From the human T2T-CHM13v2.0 reference genome, Homo sapiens: a stretch of DNA of 64,000 nt. The position numbers and the translations under genes are program-made. The DNA lies in the NCBI GenBank assembly GCA_009914755.4, contig CP068257.2, positions 21,056,001 to 21,120,000 on the forward strand, given 5' to 3'. Positions 1 to 14,242 of the stretch are shown here, in pieces (the first letter of the stretch is position 1; the number at the start of each line of letters is the position of its first letter). The notes under the pieces were generated by a model. It saw only the letters and a program-made list of their open reading frames with translations. It did not search any database and was not told the DNA's origin.

Positions 1-1512
1 ATTAATATTAGAATTATAATAATATTTAATAGTGGTTTATATGAGCTAATATGAATATTCAAAAAATGGACTGACTCATGCTACACACTCACTAATTGCT
101 AGATCTGGACTTATTTTTTTGCTGTTGCTGTTTTATGCTGCTGTTGTTTTATCACTATTTTATTGTTGTAGTCGTTGCTGTAAAACAAAGTAATACATAA
201 AAATAAGATGAACGTGACCTTAGATCCAGCTTAACATTTAATTATCTGACCTAAACAAATTGCTCAACTTTTGTAGGAATCAATTTCTGTCATGTATGAT
301 ACAAAAAACCTGGAGTATATAACTTGTAACAAAATATCCTATGATAAATAACTGTATTTCCCATAGGTCATTATTTTAAAGAGTTTACTTGACAATATTT
401 TGAAAGTTGAGTATATACCTCATGAGGTACAGGTACATATAACCTCAAATACAAAGAAAAAATACTACAAAAATAAACATTAAATAAAACATTTACTAAA
501 AATAAAAATTACTAAATGCTGTGACAAAATTTCATCGGTGAGTATTTTCACTTGTTTGAAAATTATAGCTTCTGAATTGCATAGTTTGGTAGCCATGTTG
601 GACAACAAAAGAATAAGCCTATTTTAGATTATCATTTTGTAACATGTTTTAATGAGACTGCCTCTCATATTTGGAAAAAAATGTAGAAAATATTTCTGGT
701 CAATAATGTTACACTTTAATTCCTTGGAGCATACTTTGCTATTAGGTCTATATATTTACAACAGGACACAATTACAATGCCAGTTAATGCTATTACTATT
801 TTCAAATAATATACCATTCTTCATCCATAAAATCTATTTGTGTTTTTTAGCTTTATTGAAGTATAATAATATATTAAAAAATTTCACCCATTTAACTTAT
901 TCATGTTGATGTTTGGACATGTTTTCTGTTTTTTTTAGGTTTGGCAAAAAAACGTATTACTTTACTGAGGTATAATTTATATCCAAAAACCTTTACATTT
1001 TTAATTTATACAATTTAAATATGAATCTGAAGTTACGTATGTTCTGTATTTAAATATTACTAATTATTTGAAAACAAAAAAAGTCACAAACTTTACATAG
1101 CAAAGTTCAGCTGAACAATTTTCTTAAGAAGAAATATATATGAGTAAAAAAATCAGACAAAAAACTGCTTCTAACAATTCACATGTAGTGTATGGTGGAA
1201 AGCTCTATAGATTGTCTTCACATAAAATGCTTTAAAATTATAAAAGCCAAAATAATGTCCCTTCATTACATCACAGACTTGTATATTTCTACGTATTCCT
1301 GTATTTACTTTTCACCACCTGAATGTGCTGAAGTGTCAATATGTCATCATTATGTTTTACAAGCAAATTGGCCCTTTCAAAATCATTGGTCTCTGTGTAC
1401 TAATGACAATTATAAGTTCTTATTTTGTTTATATATCTATTTACATGTTAATAATGAGCTATGATAATATTTCTCTTTTCCCCTGTTGTATAGTAAAATA
1501 TAAACTATTTAG

Positions 1513-1800
1513 GGCCTGGTGAAGTAGCTCATGCCTGAAATCCCAGCAATTTGGGAGATCAATGAGTGGGGATTCCTTGAGCTCACGAGTTTGAGATCAG
1601 CTGGGGCAACATGGTGAAACTCCATCTTTACGAGAAAAAAAGCAAAAATTAGCTTGGTGTGGTGGTGCACACCTGTAGTCCCAGCTGCTCCAGAAGCAGA
1701 AGTGGAAGAATCCTTTGTGCCAGGGAGGAAGAGATTGTAGTGAGCCAAGATGCCTGGGTGACAGAGTGAGACCCTGTCTCAGAAAAACAAACAAACAAAA
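1513..1800 (+). mobile_element. Alu SINE (older, diverged; AluJ/S-like) with A/CAAA-rich tail
   Basis: ggcctggtgaagtagctcatgcctg...cccagcaatttgggag...tgagccaagatgcctgggtgacagagtgagaccctgtctc; dimeric Alu structure ending in a (CAAA)n tail. Confidence 0.85.
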
Positions 1801-1835
1801 CCTAGTTAGGATTGTTTACTTTTTCCCAAGCAAAA

Positions 1836-1873
1836 TTATTTATTTATTATTTATTTATTTATTTATTTTTATA
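1836..1873. repeat. (TTTA)n microsatellite downstream of Alu
   Basis: ttatttatttattatttatttatttatttatttttat. Confidence 0.8.
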
Positions 1874-2795
1874 AATTTAGGGAATATAATTGCAGTTTTG
1901 TTACATAAATTTATTGTGCAGTGTTGAAGTCTGGGCTCTTAATCATCACCTGAATAGTGTACATTTTACCAATTGGGTAATTTCTCATCCCTCACCTCCT
2001 CCTACCCTTCCACCTTTCTGAGTCTCCAATGTGTATTATTCTACTCTCTGTATCCACATGTACATAGTAATTGGTTTATTTGAGATTATTGCTTTCTTTG
2101 CTATTACCCATGCACATTCTACATTTACCTCTTCACATCAGATAATCTCCTATTTCTATTTTATAAAAATACTGAATGTATGAAGAAATACAGGACTTTT
2201 ATCTTAGTCCAGTATTTCTCCCAAAACTGTAAACATTAAGTATACAGTCTGAATATTAAAATTAAGTAAATGGACACAGAAAGATTCTTAAAAGTTCAAT
2301 AAAGATCACATATTCAAGTAATTAACAAAGAAAAATGATTGCATACACATAAAAGCAAGTAGAATATATGTTTTAAATTTTTTGAGTTTTACTTACTCAG
2401 TTTTATATATGCTGACAGTGAAACACATAATTCCTAGTTTTCAGTAGAAAAAATAAAGAAAGAAAGGCATGTGGGAGTATGATTATTATTAGAAATTAAT
2501 ATAGCAGCTGCCATGCATACCAAGGCATTCCTCAATAATATTGTCCTCAGGTCAAGACTTGCTCTTTGTCATATGACAATACTTATTTCTTCTAGAAACA
2601 GGGGAAATATTATTGTCTTATTAGGTCATAATAGGGGTAGCAAGGCTTGTTTCAAGAAATAATATATCTAAATAACATCTTAGGAGGGAACAAATATATA
2701 AATTATTATCTTCATTGTTTACATTCTACTCTAAAGCAAGATAATTCTTTCCATTGTTTTGCAATTAGAAAAACAAAATTATTGTCAATACTTAC

Positions 2796-3095
2796 TTTTT
2801 TTTTTTTTTTTTTTGAGAGGAGTCTCACTCTCTCACCCAGGCTGGAGTGCAATGGCACAACTTTGGCTTACTGCAACCTCCGTCTCCCAGGTTCAAGCTA
2901 TTCTCCTGCCTCAGCCTTCTGAGTAGCTGGGACTACAAGCGTGCACCACTATGCCCGGCTAATTTTTCCATATTTAGTAGAGACGGGGTTTCACCATCTT
3001 GACCAGGCTGATCTCAAACTCCTGACCTCAAGCAATCTGCCCACCTCAGCCTCCCAAAGTGCTGGGATTACAGGTGTGAGCCATGGCGCCTGGCC
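2796..3095 (-). mobile_element. Alu SINE (AluS-like), minus orientation, poly-T at left end; about 11-bp TSD tcaatactt(a/c)
   Basis: tttttttgagaggagtctcactctctcacccaggctggagtgcaatggc...gggattacaggtgtgagccatggcgcctggcc; flanks gtcaatacttac / atcaatacttct. Confidence 0.9.
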
Positions 3096-3639
3096 ATCAA
3101 TACTTCTTAATGGGAAGAATCTATAATCAAATTGTATCAATAAAGCTTGAACCTGAATAGCTGAAACATTTTTCCTGTTTCTTTGTTACAAAACTGAATA
3201 ATGCATGAAATCAAAAGGGATCTTTTGAGTTGTTTTGAAATAATTTTGAAATACTTGTGGGTAGTATATGACAATTATTATTAGATTTAGAAGAAAACTA
3301 AAGAATGTTGAATAAACAATTAATATTTTCCTTTAAAATTTTTGAGCATTGAAATCTTTGCCATAAAAATGGAATCAAGAAACAAATTAAGATCTTAGCA
3401 AACAACCAGCACTTTCCCCTGAGATTTGGTCAAGGCTTCTCTTAAAACGCAATAATAATCAAGTGAGTAACTAGGGCAATATTTTGATTACAATTCAAAA
3501 TAAATTGTAATCATGGAAATAGACTGTTTCCTGACAGAAAATTGTTCAGAGCAGTACAGACTATAATCATTACAGTTCTCTAGACAAAACAAAAAGAGAT
3601 AGATAGATATTGGAGAGAGACAGAGAGAGAAAGGGAGTT

Positions 3640-4085
3640 TATTATGGGAATTGACTCACACCATTATGGAGGCTGAGAAATTCCATGATATGTCACCTGC
3701 AAACTGTAGAGCCAGGAAAGTTGGTAGTATAATTTATCTGAGTCTAAAGGCCTGGTAACCTAGAAGGCTGCTGATTTAAGCCCCAGAGTCCAAGACCAGA
3801 AAACCAGGAGTTCTGATGTCTAAGGGAGGAAGAATACAAATAGCTCCAGAAGAGAGAAAAAATTCACCCTTCCCCTGCTTTTTTGTTTGATCCAGTCCCT
3901 CAGTGGACTAGGTCATGCTCCTCCACACTGATAAGGGTAGATCCTTCTTACTCAGTCCATGATTCAAATGTTAATCTCTTGTGGAAATGCCCTCACTGGG
4001 ATACCCAGAAATAATTTTTTATCAGCTGTCTGGATATCCCTTAACCCGGTTAAGTTGACATTTAAAATTAACCACTACAGGGATG
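3640..4085. mobile_element. Ancient LTR-class interspersed repeat (ERVL/MaLR-like LTR; exact family name uncertain)
   Basis: Motifs gggaattgactcacaccattatggaggctgagaaattcc...ctgcaaactgtagagccaggaaag...ttactcagtccatgattcaaatgttaatctc...cccagaaataatttttt...gttaagttgacatttaaaattaaccactacagg match a very common mammalian LTR consensus I recognise but cannot name confidently. Confidence 0.5.
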
Positions 4086-4293
4086 TCAGCTAAAGAACCG
4101 TATCATCTTGCCAAAAGTCCTCAAATATTAAAGCCATGGCTCTGGAATTTTCTAAGGATCTAAGGATTCAAATTTTAAAAGTATGTTTTACATATATAAA
4201 TGCTATTTACTGTAGCCAGTTTACCAAGTGAGGTCCAATGTATGATACCTTAAAATTGCATGTTTACATAGCCATAGGTATATTTCAAGGTGT

Positions 4294-4648
4294 ATGATAT
4301 AGTGTGGCTCTGTGTTCCCACCTAAATCTCATCTCAAATTGTAATCCCCAGGTGTCAAAGGAGGGGCCTAGTGGGAGGTGATTGAATCATGGGACAGTTT
4401 CCCCCATGCTGTTCTCATGTTAGTAACTGAGTTCTCACAAGACCTGGTGCTTGGCAGTTCCCCACCAACCCCACCCTCCTGCTGCCATGTAAGACATGCC
4501 TCACTTCCCCTTCACCTTCTGCCATAATTGTAAGTTCTCTGAGGCCTCCCCAGCATTGTGGAACTGTGAGTCAATTAAACCTCTTTTCTTCATAAATTAC
4601 CCAGTCTCGGGTAGTTGTTTATAGCATTACGAAAATGGACTAATACAG
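4294..4648 (+). mobile_element. MaLR LTR, THE1/MST family (5' LTR of a partial element)
   Basis: tgatatagtgtggctctgtgttcccacctaaatctcatctcaaattgtaatcccc...ggaggtgattgaatcatggg...gccataattgtaagttctctgaggcctccccagcattgtggaactgtgagtcaattaaacctcttttcttcataaattacccagtctcgggta...ggactaatacag. Confidence 0.85.
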
Positions 4649-5390
4649 AAAATTGGTACCAGGAAAGTGGGGCACTGCCAAAAAGATAACTGAAAATGTA
4701 AAAGTGACTTTGGAACCGGGTAAGAGGCAGAAGTTGGAACAATTTAGAGGGCTCAGAAGAAGACAGGAAAATGTGGGAAAGTCTGGAACTTCCTAGAGAA
4801 TCGGAGGGCTCAGAAAACAGGAAGATGTGGGAAGGTTTGAAACTTCCTAGAGACTTACTACATGGCTTTGACCAAGATGCTGACAGTGATATGGACAATG
4901 CAGTCCAGGCTGAGGTGGTCTCAGATGAAAATGAGGAACTTACTGGGAACTGGAGCAAAGGTCACTCTTAACTATGTTTACACTTTGTCCCTGCCCTAGA
5001 GATCTGTGGAACTTTGAACACGAGAGAGATGATTTAGGGTATCTGGGAGAAAAAATTTTGAAGCTGCAAAGCATTCATTCAAGAAGTTCCCTGACTGTTC
5101 CTAGCAGTGTACAGTCAAATGCATTCACAAGGATGGTCTGAAATTGGAACATGTTTAAAAGGGATGCAGAGCATAAAAGTTTGGAAAGTTTGCAGCTTGA
5201 CCATGTGGTAGAAAAGAAAACCCCATTTTCTGGGGAGAAATTCAAGTTGACTGCAGAAATTTGCAGAAGTAAAGAGAAGCAGAATACAAAGACAATGGGG
5301 AAAATGCCTCCAAGGCATGACGCAGACCTGCACAGCAGCCCCTCCCATCACAGACCCACATTTTCTGTGTTATTAATACCCTATTCAAAG
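4649..5390 (+). mobile_element. MaLR (THE1/MST) internal region following its LTR; contains an about 48-bp tandem duplication (4755-4850)
   Basis: aattggtaccaggaaagtggggcactgcc...aaaatgtaaaagtgactttggaaccgggtaagaggcagaagttggaac...gaaaatgaggaacttactgggaactggagcaaaggtcac, which is the typical MaLR-internal start right after the LTR. Confidence 0.7.
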
Positions 5391-6068
5391 TTCATAAAAG
5401 CTAACTAAATCTTCTTTAATCGTCCACTTAATTCTGAAATATAATTTAGAAATAGTTGAGAGTTAGCTGTACATCTGTATACCAATCCTATATATACTTT
5501 GTATGCACTAATATATAAAGTATATGACTGTCTGTAGAGATAGATAGAATATGTAATCATTACTTGATGTTCTACTACCTGCCAGCTGGCATGACTAGCA
5601 AGAGATAGTTTTATATTACTTTTACATTTTTTATTCCAATGAGAACTTGATAATAAAGACAACCAAATAGTCATTACATAGATGCAAACAAGCATAATAA
5701 CTTCTCTAGTAATCTTTCTTTATTTTGGTGTTACAGTTTATTTTATGTACCTTCCCATAATTGTAGTCTGTTTTATATTTAATTTTTCTTCTATGCCTCT
5801 TAATTACACGAGTCTCTTGGAATACAATTTTAGTCCTATAAAAATTCTCTTCAAATTATTACCTAATAAAAGGAGGTTTGAAGTGTGTGCAGTCAGAAGA
5901 ATGTGAAGCCATAAGCAGAAGAAGGAAGTCCTATTTTTAAGTTAAAAAAGTCTATGTATTTTTGACAAATATTTCAAATTAGTTTCATCCTTGGTAATTT
6001 GGGATGTATTTATAATATCCATGGAAATATTCGTAAGTATATCACTTAAGTTACATTTTATTTTATTT

Positions 6069-6477
6069 TAGATTGGAACTAATACAATATTACCATAATC
6101 TGTTTAAGATTCCTATAAATAAATTATATTCCTATAATTTATAGGAATACTTATGGAATATAATTAATTCCTATAAATAAATTATATTCCTATAATTTAT
6201 AGGAATACTTATGGGAATATAATTTATTCCTATAAATAAATACAATAATTATTTATAGATTATTATAAATAAATTATATTTTATGTAATTTATTAAAATT
6301 ATAGAAATGTCCTATAAATAAATACAATAACATAGATTCCTATAAATAAATTATATTATATATAATTTATTAAATTCATAAGAATTTCCTATAAATAAAT
6401 ACAATAATTATTGTATTGTATTAGATTGGAACTAATACAATATTACCATAATCTGTTTAAGATTCCTATAAATAAAT
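6069..6477. repeat. AT-rich palindromic minisatellite: about 57-bp units (core cctataaataaat) in about 7 degenerate copies, bounded by a 56-bp direct repeat at 6069-6124 and 6421-6477
   Basis: The string agattggaactaatacaatattaccataatctgtttaagattcctataaataaat occurs twice about 352 bp apart; the internal units contain inverted repeats attcctataa/ttataggaat. Confidence 0.8.
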
Positions 6478-7762
6478 AGTATGTGACTGATAAGTGATAT
6501 TAACTCGTTATCATATGCAACCCATAAATGTACGGATGTCTAATTAACATATTTACAGTCATAATCTTCTCTGTATTAGATAAAAATTAAAAAATCTAAT
6601 TTTTGATTGTCAAGGTAACAACCAGAAAAGTAACAGAAATAATGCATAAATACATTGCCAATAACATATTCTTTGTATTTTACTTTGTATTTGTGCTTAC
6701 ATGAAAATTAAAATAAACATGTTATATTAATAGTTATAAATTACATTTTTGTTGTAACTGAAGTATTGATTTCTTTTATCTCTTAAAATTAAAAAAAAAG
6801 ACAGTTTAATGCCTCCATACATGTCTTTCATTCACAGATATTGGTATAACTTCTCAAAAATGTAAACATGCAGACAGAGGAGAGGAAACTGTAAAACATA
6901 CTCATCACAAGTAATCACTACTCATTATCTAAGCATTTTCTTTTTCTCAGAAATATCTTTAATCCAGCTTTATAAAAATGACATTGATTATATTATAAAA
7001 TGATATTGATAGTGATTTTATTTGTTAAACTCTAATAGCTAAAATAGAGTTTAAAAATTGTAAAAATCAGTACTAAGCAAATTGTTTAATTAAGGTAATT
7101 TGTTCTGAAAATACATTCTTTGTGATGATTATTTTTCTAATTATTGCCTAGATCTATGTTGTTTAATAGAACCTTTTTTTTACTATATAAATACAAATTT
7201 ATACTTAGAATAGCTAAATAGTAAGAACTCTAAAGTCATGGCCTTCAAATATACTTAATACATTTTGCCATGCATATTAAAAATACTAAAACATACTGTA
7301 AAATATTTTGTATTTTATTTTAGTGGATAGTTATATAACCCAAAAGGAATAAGGTAAGCTATAATGGATTTGTCTGTAAGTGCTGGAAGGATTTTTATCT
7401 GAAGCTGCTGGTATTATAAGAAAAGAACTTTTATGTGTGTTATCTCATGAAGTTTATATAAAAGAATAAAACATAGATTGAAGTAAATACCACTGTAAAC
7501 AAAAGAGGATCCTTTCAACTTAGAATTCTTATCAAAATATATGAGTACACTAAGGAAACTAAAAAGTAAAAACTACATGTATTTATGAAGGTTCAAGTTC
7601 TTTAAATTTTGAATTTTTGAATGGTATACTATAGATACAAACCAAAGAACAAAAACTAAAATTACCATTTGAACCATCAATTTCATTTCTGCGTATATAT
7701 CCGAAGGAAAAGAAATTTAAAAATTAATTAGAAATTAATTAGAAAAAATTAATCTACCAAAG

Positions 7763-7789
7763 GAAAACAAAACAAAACAAAACAAAACA
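7763..7789. repeat. (AAAAC)n microsatellite
   Basis: ggaaaacaaaacaaaacaaaacaaaacac. Confidence 0.8.
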
Positions 7790-8275
7790 CTTGCATTCAT
7801 ATGTTTACTTCAGCACTATTCACAATAGCAAAGACATGGAATCAACATAGGTATTCATCAACGGTTGATTGGATAAAGAAAATGTGGTACATACACACCA
7901 TAGAATACTACACAGCCATAAAAAAGGACAAGATCATATTCTTTGCAGCAACATGGATCAACTTGAGGCTATTATCCTAAGTGAATTAACTCAGAAATAA
8001 AAAGTTAAAGACTTCATGTTCTCACTTAGATGTGGAAGCTAAGCATTGGGTAGACATGAACATAAGGATAGAAACAATGAACACTGGGGACTCCAAAAGG
8101 AGGGGGAGATGGCAGAGGGCAAGAGTTGAAAAACTACCTCTTGGGCACTATGTTCATCATTTAGGTGACAGGTTCAGTGGAAGCCCAAACCTCAGCTTCA
8201 CACAACATATCCATGTAACAAACCTGCACAAGTACCCTCTGAAATCAATATTTTAAAAATCAACAATTTTTAAAA
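7790..8275 (+). mobile_element. L1 (LINE-1) 3' end fragment: ORF2 C-terminus plus 3'UTR, older primate L1
   Basis: tattcacaatagcaaagacatggaatcaacat...gataaagaaaatgtggtacatacacaccatagaatactacacagccataaaaaaggacaagatcat...ggagggggagatggcagagggcaagag...catgtaacaaacctgcacaagtaccctc. Confidence 0.85.
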
Positions 8276-9307
8276 AGTAGATTCTTACATAAATGACATA
8301 CAGAAAATACCTACTACAAGTATTGATTAATAAGTGATTAAAATGGTCTAATGGTAAGTGTGAAATTGTGGATGGGATTAGATAGGCATAGCAGAGGAAA
8401 GTAAGAAAAGAAGAGAAGCTATAATAAAGCTTAAAATAATTAATTAGTTATTGGTTAATTAGATACAGTGGATAAAGAGGAAGAATAAGTCAAAATATAA
8501 CTATGTATTTTATAGGGGAGGCAATTTTGAGAAGCATATTGTCATGCTTTAGTTTAAGGAGATTATGAAGAGGCTCTAGATTAAAGCATAAGGTGATCAG
8601 GTCATTTGCATCCATATTAAACTCCGGTTAATAACAGAAAGTGAGCATAAAAACAATCAGTGGGAAAATGAAAAAATGAAGAAAAAGCCTACTTGTTGTG
8701 GGGGCAATGGGACCATTAATAAAAATATCAAGATAAATGCCAATAAAATGAGAAATACTCATGTGAGAGCAAGACTTGAAGAACGCAGAAACAGAAGGAT
8801 CATGTTTTATTGCTCCCAATGCTTCTGACATGAATGAAAGGAAATCAAAACACAAAGATCCAACACATTAAGTAACACATTATAAGCTAGAAATAGAATA
8901 AGGGAAAGTTATATACTTACTGTTAGACTAAAAATGTTCATTTTGAAATTAGCACTAATTGCTTGTTAAAAATGCCAACTCATAAAATGTGACATAATGT
9001 AAAATATCAGTTTCTTAAAAAATCTGAGAAATAACTATGCATTATATTTGCATTGCATGTTGGGAAAACCTGCTCATTCTATTCTGATTTTCAATTTTCT
9101 TTGATTTTTATTATTTTTTAAAGAGACACACAAAATTAGATTGTGAATAGACTCCTATATACATGCTAGAACTTGGTAACTACCAACATTTTGCAGAACA
9201 TGTTTCATCTTAGCCTCAGTCCTCTTTTATTTTTCTGAATATTTTAATGATACTACATTATTTCATGTCTACATATTTTGTAATGGATTTTAAAAATACA
9301 ATTTCTT

Positions 9308-9631
<324 letters not shown>

Positions 9632-10010
9632 TTATAAAACCTTAGTAACTCTATAGCATGTAACAAAATTAGCAATGATTTATCATCATACCTAGTACAT
9701 ATCCAAACTATTAAAATTATTTGTAATATTTTCTCTTGTTAATATTTAAATTTCTTTTCATATGCAAATTTCTAGACATGTTATTATGGCAGAGCATAAT
9801 AAGCCATAGTGTGTCCCATAACTATAACAATTTCATGCCACAAATTATTTAATTTCTCCTCTCTCAGCCTCTTGAACTTCAAATTATTTTTTTAAAAAAA
9901 TCACAGATATCTAGTTTACATCTCTAAATATTTCTGCATACATAACTAAAAATAACAACTCCTGTCACATAAGCAAAATGTGATTATTATGCTTTTTAAA
10001 ATCCAGGTAA

Positions 10011-10727
10011 TTGACATCACTAATCATCAGAGAAATGCAATCCAAAACCACAATAAGATACCATCTCACACCAGTCAGAATGGCTATTATTAGAAAGTCA
10101 AAAAATAACAAATGCTGCCAAGGTTGCAAAGAAAAGGGAACACTTACATACACTGCTGATGGAAGTGTAAATTAATTCGGCCACCATGGGAAGCATTTGC
10201 CCCAACAATCTCATTATTGGGTATATACTCAAAATACAAATGGTTCTACCATTAAGATATTTGCACATGTATGTTCATCACCGCATTATTCACAATAACT
10301 AGGACATAGAATTAACCTAGATGCTGATCAATGGTAGACTGGATAAAGAACATGTAATACATATACACCATGGAATACTATGCAGTCATAAAAATGAATG
10401 AGATCATGTCCTTTGCAGCAACGAGCTGCAGACCATTATCCTAAGCAAACTAACATTGAAACAGAAAACCAAATACCTCATGGTCTCACTTATAAGTGAG
10501 AGCTAAACACTGAGTCCATATGGAGAGAAAGAAAGGATCAATAGATATTAAGGATCTGCTTGAGAGTGAAGAGTGGGAGGAGGGTGGGTACTGACAAACT
10601 ACCTATTGGGTACCATGCTTATTACCTGGGTGACTAAATAATCTGTACACTAAACCCCCACAACACATAATTTACCTACTTCTCAAATCTACACATGCTT
10701 CTGTGAAACTAAAAGTTAAAAAAAATT
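10011..10727 (+). mobile_element. L1 3' end fragment (ORF2 C-terminal region plus 3'UTR), old L1P/L1M-type
   Basis: catcactaatcatcagagaaatgcaatccaaaaccacaataagataccatctcacaccagtcagaatggctattattagaaagtc...tattcacaataactaggacatag...ggataaagaacatgtaatacatatacaccatggaatactatgcagtcataaaaatgaatgagatcatgtcctttgcagcaac...ctcacttataagtgagagctaaacac. Confidence 0.85.
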
Positions 10728-13700
10728 GTAAAATATCCAGCTAACATTTTGTTAATTACTTCATAACTGTCACACGTGCATATGCACACACACACACACC
10801 TTTATATATGGCTAGTGTTTCTATAATGCTTCAAATAAAGCACACATGTTGAAATAGGTTGATTTGTCTTTTAAGTTGCTATTTAGGTATCAATTCTTTC
10901 TCCGGTCTTTTTTTTTTCTCACCTGCAAATTATTTGTTTAGAAATCTGTATGCACAGGAAAGAGTTAATTCAGCAAGTCTGGTTTGCTTCAACCCCACAC
11001 ATTCCCAAGAAAGGCCAATCTTTGCAATTGGCCCTTACCTGGGTTCTGGGAGATGAGCTCTAAAGCTCTTGAAATATTCTGCCTCATAACAGTGTTTTTG
11101 CTGACACCTTTGGGCACAGAACACTAGTTTTATGAGATAGTTTATTAACAATGTGATCTATAATAAATTGCTGTTTTTGCTCTTTGTGACTGAAGTCTGA
11201 GTGTCTGAGGTCAGGCACATAGGTGCTACATACATAGGTAAATGACTCTAAATAAAACACTTGGATCACCCAGCTCAGGTGTGCTTTCCTGGTTGGGAGG
11301 ACTTGTCACACATTGGCACACAGCCTTACTGGGAGAATTAAGCCCACCGGGTAAGTTCATAGGGAGAAGACACGTGGGAGCTTGTGCCTGCTTTCTACTA
11401 CACTTTGGCCCACATGGCTTTTCCCTTTGCTTATTTTTAATCTTAATAATTTTACTATAATAATACTATATTTACGCCACAGTATAACAAATTTTGTGAG
11501 TCCTTCTAATTAATTATTGGCTCTAAGAATAGTCTTGGGGAATCCTAACATACTGTATCATTTATTCTTTGTTTCTCTGAGTCCGGACTTTGCTAACCAA
11601 CTGATGTAGGAGGTCAGACACTATGTCTTGGCTATGTGACTAGAGAGATATAAAAGCCCCCGCAGGAAACATCTGCTTCCTTGAGTGCTCTCCAAGTCTA
11701 GATTTATCACAAAAATCTTGTTGGTTCAATTTCAAGAAGATTAGAGTCCTTGTGGGAATATGAAAGATCCTGGGGAATTGTCGAGGAAGTCTTCTATGTC
11801 TTCTCAAATGTACATGAACTCTTCTTTTCTTACTGTTTTACATTACTAGCCTTTGTTAAATCCTTACTATATTACATTACTAGCCTTTGTCAAATCCTTA
11901 GGTGAATACGCTCTGTGAAATTGTACTAATTCTTTCAAATATATAAACCTGAGTAACCTTTATACCTATATTATTGAATGAACAATTAAACCTATTATTA
12001 AAACAACACTTGAAATAATGGCTTCAAGTGTTTGTGATCTAATATTGATCATGTCAATAACTAAACTAAAGAACTTTCAGAGATATAATCAGATGCTTAC
12101 AAGTCAACATGCAGTCAATTCTGTTGTTATTACCCATGATTTTATTTTTAAGGAAGAAAAATTCTAATTAACCTGTGTCTGTAACCATTGACACTGGGAA
12201 TGGACCAGAATACCCAGAAAATATCACAGCATTTATATCATTGGAAGAAATTGAAAATTTTATCATCATAGTCTTAAATTACTTGTATAAAATGAAAAGC
12301 CTAAAATATTACCAAACTAAAAGGAGTTGATACAAAAGCTTGAATAATTTCATTCTGACTAGTATTTTACTGAACCATATTTTCAAAAATGGTAAAGTGT
12401 GTAAGAAAGAATCTAGATTTAAAAAAAAATTAATTAAAATTTGTTTTCTAAGATTACCCAAAGCAGCTCTATGTGAAATGGAAAGTAATTAAGGGATTTC
12501 TTACTACTCCTGCCCATAGGAGATGAAAGCATCAAAAAATTAATTGAATAATAAATATCACAGCAGGGAAACAACATTATTTGAATATCACCATCTTTTT
12601 GGCTGGGATCCCAGAAGAACAGGAACTCATGGTTTGTCAAGACAGAAAAACAAGTCATAGGTTCTCTTTCAATTCTGCTGTAACAAAAATATATTTTTTC
12701 CTACAATAGCAGTATTAAAATTTAGCATAACCTGAAGCCTTATATAATAAATAATGTGAAAGAAAAAATAGCATAGTTTGTATTTATATAGCATTGTTTA
12801 AGACAAGAATGTATAAGATTTTTGGAATAATGGTTATATAGGCCAAAAATAATGCATATTTCACACATCGTCATAAAACCACATTATGTCATTTGTTTCT
12901 ATTACTTTGTCATCTTAAGACCACTATTATTTTAGCTTGTCTGAGGAATGAGAATGTTCTATAGATCTTATTAAAGGCATACCGTTGTTCACCATTTTTA
13001 TTAGTGAAATGATGGAATAGCATGCTTTTTTAAAATAAAGACTTGAAATATCTGCTGAAAGTATGGACTAGAAATCAATAAGAACTGAAAAGGCAAGTAC
13101 TGAGACCTAAATTGTCAGCATTAAATCAGAAAGAATCCATTTTTGGCACACAATAACAGGACACTGAGACGATATAGTGGCTTTCCCCATTTACAAAAAA
13201 AAAAAAAAAAAAAGCCTTTAATTACTTCAAAAAACAAGAAACCACAGATCCAGCTCATCAAATTCTACATGATCAAGGTCCTGCTCATCTCTATAAGCCT
13301 AATCTTTAGCCATTCCTTGTAATCCTATAGACACCTCTACAAGGCTCATTGTTTAGTTACGTGGAATGTTTCCATTTTTGCAAAGGGCTTTTATGGCCAC
13401 TTGCTTTGTCAGTACTATATGATATTCATTCAGCCTAAGTGATTTCAAGCAGTATCCCCAGCCTCATGGACTTTCTGTTTAACATGAACTTTAGATCACT
13501 GCTCGTTATTAGTATTCTGAAACATATTTAGATTTTTTTAACCTTCCCATGATTGGGTTTGATGTCCTTATCCGGTGTTCTTGTAGCACACTCTAATTAA
13601 TATTTGCAATCAGAGCATACACCAAGCTTTGTTTAACTTGTTTTTCTCTCTCCAAAGATTTAATGCTTCCTGTGAGGAATGGACAAGTCAGCTTATTAGA

Positions 13701-13946
13701 ATAGGCAGATAGCTGGAAATGAGCAGGAAGGGGAGCCCCTGGAAAAGAAATCCTTAGAGGCGCTGCCCACCGATAGTCAGTGCTGCCCACTGACAGCCAA
13801 AAACAATGGCTACAATAGTAACATCTGGCCTTGTGGACTGGGCTCATCCAACCCTGATAGGGATTTATTAGGCCCTAGTCAGAGATAACCATGATAGGAA
13901 CTCTCCCCACTGACGAGTGTGCACACTCCTTTAAAAACTCACCCTA

Positions 13947-14242
13947 GGCCAGGTGCGGTGGCTCATACCTGTAATCCCAGCACTTTGGGAGGCCAAGGCA
14001 GGAGGATCACTTGAGGTCGGAGTTTGAGACCAGCCTGACCAACTTAGAGAAACCCCATCTCTACTAAAAATACAAAATTAGCCGGGTGTGGTGGTGCATG
14101 CCTGTAATCCCAGCTACTCAGGAGAATCACTTGAATCCAGGAGGCAGAGGCTGCAGTGAGCCGAGATCACACCACTGAACTTCAGCCTGGGCAACAAGAG
14201 GGAAACTCCGTCTCAAATAAAACAAAAAACAAAACAAAACAA
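13947..14242 (+). mobile_element. Alu SINE with about 15-bp TSD aaaaa(c)ctcaccctag
   Basis: ggccaggtgcggtggctcatacctgtaatcccagcactttgggaggccaaggcagg...; flanks aaaaactcaccctag (13933-13947) and aaaaacctcaccctag (14243-14258). Confidence 0.9.

Noticed and set aside
11838-11902. Short local tandem duplications (about 30-35 bp x2) at 11838-11902, 25795-25845, 50297-50365 and 55085-55150
   Set aside because: These are real but trivial slippage or duplication events in AT-rich DNA. No coding or regulatory context is visible, so they are not listed as features.
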